Below are positions 57,264-64,000 of a DNA stretch of 64,000 bases, in pieces; the stretch's first letter is position 1, and each line of letters starts with the position of its first letter. A program made the position numbers and the translations under genes. Source of the stretch: Thermoplasmatales archaeon (GTDB lineage: Archaea > Thermoplasmatota > Thermoplasmata > Thermoplasmatales > GCA-001856825); assembly GCA_026127935.1 (NCBI GenBank), contig JAJSLL010000001.1:64040-128039 (forward strand). Direction: 5' to 3'. Under the pieces are notes generated by a model. The model did no database searches, was not told where the DNA came from, and saw only the letters and a program-made list of their open reading frames with translations.

Positions 57264-58787
57264 ATGGAAGTTCTGGAATCAGGGGACGAAATAGGGAAGA
57301 GCATCATATATCAGTATGTCTCCGCAATTGTTGGCGTCCTCTCAGGTTTCCTCTTCTATATATATATTGTCAGAGTGTTCACCACAGAGGTTGTTGGTGT
57401 CGTTGCTCTTCTTTCAGCAATGATTATCCTTTTTTCAACTGTTTTCGGCGTCGGCCTGAACTTCGGCGTACAGCATTTCATCTCATACTACATAGGGAAG
57501 AATGACCCTGAATCATTGAAGTCCGTGGTTAAGGAGATCTCTCTCGTCCTGATACTTGTGTCCATACTGGCAATAGTCTTCATGTGGTTTTCTTCTCCTG
57601 CATTCGCATACCTGTTCTTTCACACATACCGCTACCTCTATATCATAAGAATCATGGGATTTGCAGTAGTTGCAAACCTGGGTTCAAGCGTCATGGGAGG
57701 AATGGTCCTCGGACTCCAGAAATTCAGGGTGAATGGACTCATCAGCATTGCGTATACAGTGGTTATGTATTCAGCCATAGTGATTATGCTGCAGTTCAGT
57801 GTCAGCCCGCTGGTGGTGGTCGTAGGATGGACTGCAGGCTATTCCCTGGCTGCCTTGTTATTTTCCATTCAAGTGATAAGACGGATAGGGGGGATGAAAT
57901 CAAGCGCAAAAGCTGTGTCTGTGAGAACAATCATAGATTACTCTCTCCCCCTCTTCATATCATCCCTTCTGGGATACGGTGCGACGTACGTGGATAGGTT
58001 CGTGGTATCGTTCTTCCTGAACCTTTCAGAGATGGGCATATACAACTTCTCTCTGCTGATTGTCTCGGCACTTGGGATACTCATAGGCCCCTTCAGCACA
58101 ATCCTCTTTCCCAAGCTCTCCGAGCTGTACGGCAGAGGGGATATTGAAAATCTCCGTCTGTACAGCTCAAAGGCCATAGAACTCCTTCTTGCGTTCTACG
58201 TCCCGGTCTCTCTCGTAGTTGCAGCCATCTCCCCATCGATACTCCTTTTCCTCGCAAATCCATCATACCTTCCGGGATTTATACCAATAACGGTGATAAC
58301 AATAATCAACGCACTTTTCATATCGTCCAACATTCTGACAGTTTCGCTGCAGGCCGTCAGGAAGACGAGGATATTTCTCCTATCATCATCCCTTGCGCTC
58401 ATCTCCAATTTCATCATTTCCATACTTCTCATCCCGAGGTTCGGGATAAACGGAGCAGCTGTAGGTTTCTCGTCCATTTACATCATGAGCTTTGCGGTTA
58501 CATACTACTATTCAAGGAAATATGGAACGGCATACTTTGAGAAGCGGAAGATCGCCAAGATAATGCTCTCAGGGGCAGTAATGTTCTCAGTTGTTTTTGC
58601 ACTGCAGATGTACTACTGGTATTCTCCTTTGAAGATGGTAGCATACATACTTCTTGGCTTTGTGATCTACGTACTGCTCATCAGGCTGCTGGGCACATTC
58701 AGCGGCGAGGACGTGGAAATGTTCATGAAACTTCTTCCCAGGACTATGAACATCAAGTCAATACTGAGGAAGCTTGTTGTGAAGTGA
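57264..58787 (+). CDS. Wzx-like oligosaccharide flippase (MOP superfamily polysaccharide biosynthesis protein)
   Basis: 507 aa with at least 12 TM segments and the typical family layout. It lies next to glycosyltransferase and nucleotide-sugar genes. Confidence 0.75.
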   Translation: MEVLESGDEIGKSIIYQYVSAIVGVLSGFLFYIYIVRVFTTEVVGVVALLSAMIILFSTVFGVGLNFGVQHFISYYIGKNDPESLKSVVKEISLVLILVSILAIVFMWFSSPAFAYLFFHTYRYLYIIRIMGFAVVANLGSSVMGGMVLGLQKFRVNGLISIAYTVVMYSAIVIMLQFSVSPLVVVVGWTAGYSLAALLFSIQVIRRIGGMKSSAKAVSVRTIIDYSLPLFISSLLGYGATYVDRFVVSFFLNLSEMGIYNFSLLIVSALGILIGPFSTILFPKLSELYGRGDIENLRLYSSKAIELLLAFYVPVSLVVAAISPSILLFLANPSYLPGFIPITVITIINALFISSNILTVSLQAVRKTRIFLLSSSLALISNFIISILLIPRFGINGAAVGFSSIYIMSFAVTYYYSRKYGTAYFEKRKIAKIMLSGAVMFSVVFALQMYYWYSPLKMVAYILLGFVIYVLLIRLLGTFSGEDVEMFMKLLPRTMNIKSILRKLVVK

Positions 58788-58802
58788 CTTCATTTGCCCT
58801 TC
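58788..58802 (+). repeat. Right copy of the direct repeat flanking the flippase cassette (CTTCATTTGCCCTTC)
   Basis: It starts at the nucleotide after the flippase stop codon (58785..58787). See 56757..56769. Confidence 0.6.
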
Positions 58803-59205
58803 GGGTGAAAACAGAACGTATCTTCAAGGGATGAAGGCCATCATATTTTACTATAATGTTCAAGCTGCAGGGGGTGCATATTAGATGCGATCGATCTGTC
58901 AATGCAGCCTGCACAGTCACCTATGGGTGATGCAATGAATACAGGGAGTGCATAACTCAATATTTTGCTCGTTCTGTTTCCATCCAAGCATCTCTTTGGA
59001 CACCTGGCCCTCCGGAGTATGAGCGCAAGTATGCTACAGGGGAAAAGACTTAACCCGTTATCCATCCTATGAAGATGAAAAGGCTGTTATTGAAGAGTGC
59101 TAGCAGCACTATGGGGAGGGAATAGGTGATCAATATGCACACAACATTCTACACAGCCTGCGATTTGAAACTCTGGAGACCGATCAGTATCCCGCTAAGT
59201 AAGTT
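58797..59205 (-). pseudogene. Middle part (residues ~140-290 equivalent) of the same decayed Wzx paralogue
   Basis: My own translation gives NLLSGILIGLQSFKSQAV*NVVCILITYSLPIVLL..GWITG versus intact SVMGGMVLGLQKFRVNGLISIAYTVVMYSAIVIML..GWTAG. ORF 58841..59065 gives SKILSYALPVFIASPIGDCAGCIDRSI versus RTIIDYSLPLFISSLLGYGATYVDRFV. Confidence 0.6.
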
Positions 59206-59247
59206 TCACGTAAAGGTACGATACGAGTTCTTCCTGTGGAGTCCCGT

Positions 59248-59350
59248 CCAGGACCGCTCGATAGAGTCAGCTTAGATCAGCTATTACAATCTTGTTCAGG
59301 TTTTCAATCCGCTTCCGAACAATGTCTACCACCAGTTAACCCGAATGCGC
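59248..59350 (-). pseudogene. Relic copy of the rmlC 3' end plus its downstream ~40 nt
   Basis: Minus-strand taatagctgatctaagctga...agcggtcctgg (59286..59248) matches taatagctgatttgagctga...agcaggtacctgg (62961..62925). The first 20 nt match at 18/20. Similarity to the last rmlC codons further upstream is weaker. Confidence 0.5.
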
Positions 59351-59355
59351 CACCT

Positions 59356-59556
59356 TTAATCTGACGGCTTTCTCTCAGAGCGTATTATTGTGACCCTGAT
59401 TACTTCGGGATTAATAGACTCCATCTGCCATTCCAGCTGGTCTCCTGAATTGAGCTTCATCTGCCTCACTATTGACCCGGGAACCGTTGTCCTTAGAGAG
59501 TCTGTTTTAATTCCAGCAGAAACAAGTTTAGTTCTATCTCCCCTATTTCTTGCCAT
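59356..59556 (-). CDS. AbrB/SpoVT-like small DNA-binding protein
   Basis: 66 aa with the swapped-hairpin signature ..LRTTVPGSIVRQMKLNSGDQLEWQ.. Its stop abuts the rmlC relic. Confidence 0.5.
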   Translation of the reverse strand: MARNRGDRTKLVSAGIKTDSLRTTVPGSIVRQMKLNSGDQLEWQMESINPEVIRVTIIRSERKPSD

Positions 59557-59675
59557 TCTACTTGGACAATGGCCTTAACTCTATAAGTCTTTCTGTAGGG
59601 ATAACTAAAGGATAATAAATAGGTCTAAGAATAGATATATTTATAATCTAGATAGCAATACCTTACTGATGAAAT

Positions 59676-59933
59676 ATGGAAGAAAATACAGACAAACAGA
59701 AGGAATGGTTGGATGAACAGTATGTAGAAATGGCCTTAGAAAGATATGAGAAGATCAAATCAATTGTTTCAAAAGGGAATAGACCAACCCGTTATGAAAG
59801 GGAACTTATCTCACTGATATTCAATAAATTGGTTGACCCGTACTACTATTGGGTAGAGGCTAGGGTAAAGGGCGAAAATGAAAATGCCAGCAATAAAAGT
59901 GCAAAGGAATCAAACGTTGAAGACATTTACTAA
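59676..59933 (+). CDS. Hypothetical small acidic protein
   Basis: 85-aa ORF divergent from the AbrB-like gene, across an AT-rich promoter-like spacer (..atatatttataatc..). No recognisable motif. Confidence 0.35.
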   Translation: MEENTDKQKEWLDEQYVEMALERYEKIKSIVSKGNRPTRYERELISLIFNKLVDPYYYWVEARVKGENENASNKSAKESNVEDIY

Positions 59934-60093
59934 ACTAGCGGCTAAATACGACCTTGATATATCTGAGATTAGTGGCACCCCAAGCAGGATAAAGATGAAG
60001 ATATACATCGATAAAGGGTTTGAAGAACTGAATGCTAGGATGAAGAGCATAGGCTATTCGTATGAGAGAGGGAGCAGATCATTCGTTAAATAG
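59878..60093 (+). CDS. Hypothetical small basic protein
   Basis: 71-aa ORF overlapping the previous ORF by 56 nt in another frame. No recognisable motif. Confidence 0.3.
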   Translation: MKMPAIKVQRNQTLKTFTKLAAKYDLDISEISGTPSRIKMKIYIDKGFEELNARMKSIGYSYERGSRSFVK

Positions 60094-60230
60094 CAATACT
60101 TTATTCAGAGAGAAGGGCTATCCTGCTTCTCCCCTAAAGCAAATCATATTATGAAAGAGCCTCGAGGGGGCAGTAAATAAGAACACCAATTGAAGGATTT
60201 TTACAGACTTCCATCGGATACCCTTTCTCC

Positions 60231-60302
60231 ATTCAATCCACGTTCAAACAATGTTCAAACTTGGTTCAAAATGTGTTCAAATGGCCATTCAAACTTTCAA
60301 AC
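60231..60302 (+). repeat. Iteron-like array of seven copies of (G/A/T)TTCAA(A/T)(C/A/T)
   Basis: Copy starts are 60231, 60242, 60253, 60264, 60275 (exact 11-bp spacing), then 60287 and 60295. The units read ATTCAATC, GTTCAAAC, GTTCAAAC, GTTCAAAA, GTTCAAAT, ATTCAAAC, TTTCAAAC. Inverted TGAAC half-sites follow at about 60328, 60358, 60367 and 60464. Confidence 0.7.
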
Positions 60303-60740
60303 TGCATGGGATTTCATACCCCTTATGTGAACTCATAACAATTAGATATGAGAAAGATGAACGTACATGAACCATGAAGAAAGTGAAAGAATCTATATGG
60401 AGTAATAAGGGAGCATTAAGACCAATCCTGTCCCTGAAATTTTGAAACATTTATAACTGCCATATGAACTGACACCCCCTAAAATCGGTGCTTGGTGGAG
60501 GTGACAAGTTATCCGATGTCAGCCTTCAGAAGGAACGTGAATAATTTGCTGGTGATCTCAACAGACAGATGCGCAGCCATCGGCTAGAATTTCTGGAAAA
60601 GAGTGGTATGTAAATGTTTGGAAATTAATATTCCAATAGTAATATATTTATTTCTGACTCGCATGTTTTCCTGATTGAATGGGTAAGAAGATGGTAGGAA
60701 AAATCACAGGAACGGATAGGAAGTGTGGAGCAATAGAGGA

Positions 60741-60771
60741 TATCAGCGCATGCTTGATCTTCCCGCTGATA
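60741..60771. promoter_or_regulatory. Perfect 8-bp inverted repeat TATCAGCG-N15-CGCTGATA upstream of the HTH/coiled-coil gene (operator candidate)
   Basis: The arms are at 60741..60748 and 60764..60771, 39 nt upstream of the ATG at 60810. The right arm overlaps an AT-rich gataaacaa box. Confidence 0.35.
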
Positions 60772-60809
60772 AACAATACCGAGAAAAGCTGTGTGAAGGA
60801 GGGTGAAAT

Positions 60810-62837
60810 ATGGCAAGGCAGCTGAGCATTGAGGAGAAAAGGAGCATAATTCTGCTCTACCTGGACGGCTTCTCTCAGCATGCAATAGCAAAGAAAACTC
60901 GTAGGTCCATAGGGATTGTCAATGCTGTCATAAGTGACTGGGAAACCGGGAAAGGAATAGAACCGGAGAGCGGTCTCCTTTCTGGAGAGATAAGGGAGAT
61001 TGCAAGGTTCATGAAGGAAAAGAATCTTTCCATATCCGAACTGGATGAGATGTTCCTTACTGACACAGTTTTAAAGGAATCAGGTCTCAACAAACCTTCC
61101 ATATTGAAGATAATGAGAGGGTTCAAGGGAATCGGTGATGAAGAGCTGGAGAAATATGCTGAGACTGTTATGAGAATCAGGAGGGTGGAGGATGAGACTC
61201 ATATATCCATAGATAAGCTCCACGATGTTGTTACAGAGGAGGAAGAAAGCCTTTCCAAAATCAGGAAGGAGAAGGCAGAGCTTGAAAGGGAAATTCAGGA
61301 AATGAAATCTGACTTAACATCCCTCAGCAAGCAGTACAATGATGAAAAAGAGGACATCGAGTTTTCAAAGAACGTCAGAAACATAACTGGGGCACACAGT
61401 AACAACGACGTTCTCTCAATTCTGGCAGGATTGAAGAATGCGGCATTTGATGCTCCTACTTATCTGAGACTCAAGGAGCTGCTGGAGAGGGTGGAAAATA
61501 TTGGTATCAGCATTGACAATTTCGTTTCAGCTGCAAATGACGTCCTTGCTTTGAGAGATATGGGTTTTTCCCTGGACTACCTGGAGAAGCTCAGGGCAGA
61601 GCTGGCCGGATCGAAATTGGATTTCAGGAGGATTGTCGACCAGTTCATGGATTATCAGAGAAATATGCAGAAATTCGATCTGGAGACAAGGGAGAAAGAG
61701 AAAAATATAGGAAAGTTAAAAGAGGAGTTGGAAGAGAAAGGCTCAGCGCTTGCCAAGCTCAGGGGGGAAGAGAATGTTCTCAGGAATAGCATTTCTTCCC
61801 TTCAATCGAAGAAGAAAGTGCTGGAGGCGAAAATCTCTGAGCTGACAACGCAGATTGAAACACAGCGAAGAGAATATGACAGACTGGTTGAAATGAACAA
61901 TGGCCTGAAGATTGAGGCGGAGGCGACGGAAACCGTTCTAAGGACATACAAGGAAGGGTTCAAAAACTATAACGACCTGAATATGGGAATAGGTCTATTG
62001 AATAAAAGATACTCCGATCTCAAGAAGGAATACGAGAAAAGGAAAGAAGAAGTGGACCTTGGGCTCGCCCTGTTCGGCCTTCTAACTGAGTCTCCAGGAT
62101 ACGATCTGGAGGGATTAAAGCTGATGTGCAGTAACTTGTTAGAATCTCCTGCCGTCGGAGACCGTGATTTGCATAAGATAAAACTGAAGGCCATTGAATT
62201 GCTGATTAAAATGACGCAAAACAATCTCGTGGCCTTAAGTTCCACAGACGGCGACATGTTGAAAATCAAGTTTGTCAGCAAGGAGGAGTACTATGAAAAT
62301 ATGCAGAAATTCCTGGAAATCGAAAGGATGAAGCAGGAGATCGAGAGTATCCAAGAGATGGTGAAGAAAGAAGCTTACAAGTTCGTGAAGGCCGAGCTAG
62401 AATCAAGGGGAGAAGACCCTGCAATAAGACCATATATCAGGGAGGTAGTCAAGGAGGTAATTAGAGAAAGATGTGAAGCAGAAGCGCAGAGAATTTCAGA
62501 TGAGGAACTAATGAAATCTGGTACTAAGGTTCTTTTAAGCTTACCTGGATTCGGAGAGGGGACTGGAACAAAAGAGGGACGAGTAGGGGAATTTATTAGA
62601 TTAGTTTACTTAGACGATTCTGGAAAAACCGGAGAGGACGCAATATCCCTAGAGAAAGTTCTCAAGTCTCTGTTGGAGGGAAAGGAGGTAGAAGGTTCAT
62701 ACTATTACTATGACAGCTGTGAGGCTCTTAAGGCGATAATTTTTTATTATGCAAAGGGAAAGACCCCGCCTATCAAGCTACTAAGGAAAAAAGGAGAAAT
62801 TCGAATATTCAAGGGGAGCATAGTCCATCCTCCTTGA
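60810..62837 (+). CDS. 675-aa protein with an N-terminal HTH, a long central coiled coil and an uncharacterised C-terminal domain
   Basis: The N-terminus LSIEEKRSIILLYLDGFSQHAIAKKTRRSIGIVNAVISDW resembles transposase/resolvase-type HTH domains. Residues ~130-560 are Glu/Lys/Leu-rich heptad-like sequence. No NTPase or recombinase motif was recognised. Confidence 0.55.
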   Translation: MARQLSIEEKRSIILLYLDGFSQHAIAKKTRRSIGIVNAVISDWETGKGIEPESGLLSGEIREIARFMKEKNLSISELDEMFLTDTVLKESGLNKPSILKIMRGFKGIGDEELEKYAETVMRIRRVEDETHISIDKLHDVVTEEEESLSKIRKEKAELEREIQEMKSDLTSLSKQYNDEKEDIEFSKNVRNITGAHSNNDVLSILAGLKNAAFDAPTYLRLKELLERVENIGISIDNFVSAANDVLALRDMGFSLDYLEKLRAELAGSKLDFRRIVDQFMDYQRNMQKFDLETREKEKNIGKLKEELEEKGSALAKLRGEENVLRNSISSLQSKKKVLEAKISELTTQIETQRREYDRLVEMNNGLKIEAEATETVLRTYKEGFKNYNDLNMGIGLLNKRYSDLKKEYEKRKEEVDLGLALFGLLTESPGYDLEGLKLMCSNLLESPAVGDRDLHKIKLKAIELLIKMTQNNLVALSSTDGDMLKIKFVSKEEYYENMQKFLEIERMKQEIESIQEMVKKEAYKFVKAELESRGEDPAIRPYIREVVKEVIRERCEAEAQRISDEELMKSGTKVLLSLPGFGEGTGTKEGRVGEFIRLVYLDDSGKTGEDAISLEKVLKSLLEGKEVEGSYYYYDSCEALKAIIFYYAKGKTPPIKLLRKKGEIRIFKGSIVHPP

Positions 62838-62951
62838 TAACAAACCCAACTCACAAAGGGCATATCAGTAGCCTAGAATCAGCATTTCTCCAATTCCACG
62901 TACCAATCATTTTGATACATATTGCCAGGTACCTGCTCTATTCAGCTCAAA

Positions 62952-63503
62952 TCAGCTATTAGATTGCAAGGCACTACCACTTAATAAAGGCCAATTATTG
63001 TCCTTATCCGAAAGTATTGGTTCCGAAATAGGCCAGTGGATATTTACCAAGGGATCATCCCATCTTATCCCACCTTCCAACGTTGGATCGAACTCATTGG
63101 TACATCGATTAAGAACGATTGACTCTTCAGAAAGGCTCAGAAAACCATGAGCAAAACCAGGAGGAATCCATATGCTCTCATTTGATTCTGCAGAAAGAGT
63201 CTTTGAAACGTATCTCAAGTAAGTAGGAGACAATGGTCTTATGTCTACCGCAACATCAAATATTTGACCTTTGATTATGGATATGAGCTTACCTTGGGCT
63301 TTTGGTTCCCTCTGAAAATGAAGTCCCCTTAGAACATTTTTCTTGGAGTTAGAGATGTACTCTTCTTTGAAGGGATCACTTACTACGTTTGCAAATGGAG
63401 TTATTTCGTACTCCTTCATCAAGGCCCCTCTTGTGTCCGAGAAATACTTCTTCTTAATAAACACTACGCCGCTAATTCTGGCTGGTGTGAACTCAAAGCT
63501 CAT
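62952..63503 (-). CDS. rmlC: dTDP-4-dehydrorhamnose 3,5-epimerase
   Basis: 183 aa with ..LRGLHFQREP..GQIFDVAVDIR..IPPGFAHGF.. Confidence 0.9.
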   Translation of the reverse strand: MSFEFTPARISGVVFIKKKYFSDTRGALMKEYEITPFANVVSDPFKEEYISNSKKNVLRGLHFQREPKAQGKLISIIKGQIFDVAVDIRPLSPTYLRYVSKTLSAESNESIWIPPGFAHGFLSLSEESIVLNRCTNEFDPTLEGGIRWDDPLVNIHWPISEPILSDKDNNWPLLSGSALQSNS

Positions 63504-63549
63504 GCGGTATAATCCATTAAATAAATATCTATGTATTCATTGGTAGACT

Positions 63550-64000
63550 GTGAAGGTTGTAATCTTAGCAGGGGGATTGGGTACCAGACTGAGTGAAGAA
63601 ACAGTAATAAAACCTAAGCCGATGGTAGAGATAGGGTCGGAACCCATACTATGGCATATAATGAAAATATACTCTCACTTTGGATTCAATGATTTCGTAA
63701 TATGCGGTGGGTACAAACAGGAAATGATCAAACAGTACTTTAGCTCCTATGTGATAAGCCACAGTACGGTGCGTGTTACATTTTCCACATCTAGGATTTC
63801 AGTGCTTGATCCTCCCAAGGAAAATTGGGATGTTACCATTGTGGACACCGGGTACTCTACAATGACAGGCGGCAGAATCAAAAGGATAAAGAAGTTCGTT
63901 GAAGGAGAAAATGGATTCATGGTGACTTACGGAGACGGATTAGCTAATATAGACATCAATAAGCTTCTAGAATATCACAGAAACAAGAAAAAGATCGTTA
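63550..64000 (+). CDS. rfbF: Glucose-1-phosphate cytidylyltransferase (RfbF/DdhA-like), 5' part; runs off the right edge
   Basis: Absent from the ORF track. My own translation from the GTG at 63550 gives VKVVILAGGLGTRLSEETVIKPKPMVEIGSEPILWHIMKIYSHFGFNDFVICGGYKQEMIKQYF.. An in-frame TAG lies two codons upstream. Confidence 0.85.
   Translation, partial: MKVVILAGGLGTRLSEETVIKPKPMVEIGSEPILWHIMKIYSHFGFNDFVICGGYKQEMIKQYFSSYVISHSTVRVTFSTSRISVLDPPKENWDVTIVDTGYSTMTGGRIKRIKKFVEGENGFMVTYGDGLANIDINKLLEYHRNKKKIV

Larger units (their letters stand above)
59351..62924. mobile_element. Candidate integrase-less integrated element (plasmid- or virus-like remnant) between the rmlC 3' end and its relic copy
   Basis: It is bracketed by the direct duplication 59248..59350 / 62925..~63040. 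It contains an AbrB-like gene, two small ORFs, a 715-nt non-coding region with iterons, and an HTH/coiled-coil gene. Confidence 0.4.

Noticed and set aside
60231-60302. Tandem repeats considered as a CRISPR array.
   Set aside because: The unit period is 8-12 bp with no spacers of 30-40 bp. No CRISPR-like repeat/spacer structure or cas genes occur anywhere in the window.

Overview
This is a 64-kb archaeal chromosome segment. Gene content looks most like acidophilic Thermoplasmata: an A-type ATPase operon with an intein-bearing atpA, eS1/S3Ae, archaeal PheT and GluRS, AglB, and an intron-containing tRNA. That placement is an inference, since no database search was possible. Layout: (1) A partial aglB oligosaccharyltransferase, absent from the ORF track, runs off the left edge. 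An intact tnpB-only IS200/IS605 element precedes it, followed by a DUF255 thioredoxin-domain protein and a NitT/TauT-type ABC importer. (2) A complete A1Ao ATPase operon lies on the minus strand in the order atpK-E-C-F-A-B-D-(32-aa ORF)-H-I. atpA is interrupted in its P-loop by a 524-aa LAGLIDADG intein. (3) A housekeeping block holds tRNA-Gly, an MFS transporter, peroxiredoxin, gltX, a NOG1-like GTPase, pheT, rps3ae and an intron-containing tRNA-Met. (4) A ~10.7-kb accessory island (27.2-37.9 kb) ends at a diverged second copy of the rps3ae 3' end plus tRNA-Met and a nonsense-mutated tyrosine recombinase. It carries AbiE-like and VapBC toxin-antitoxin pairs, a DUF4143 ATPase, two GT2 glycosyltransferases and gene debris. 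(5) A TrmB-linked alpha-glucoside locus (GH31, ABC transporter) has lost its GH13-like gene next to a decayed tnpB. (6) A cell-surface/glycosylation region holds a 1210-aa S-layer-like protein, a 4-repeat surface protein, a GT-C-like membrane protein, a Wzx flippase, rmlC and rfbF. This region shows two more insertions. One is an intact flippase cassette nested in inverse orientation inside a decayed paralogue. The other is a ~3.6-kb integrase-less element (AbrB-like protein, small ORFs, an 11-bp-phased iteron array, a 675-aa HTH/coiled-coil protein) bracketed by a duplicated rmlC 3' end. The most novel-looking signals are this recurring pattern of insertions bracketed by direct duplications of the target gene, and the iteron/HTH-coiled-coil element. 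No CRISPR array or rRNA gene was seen.
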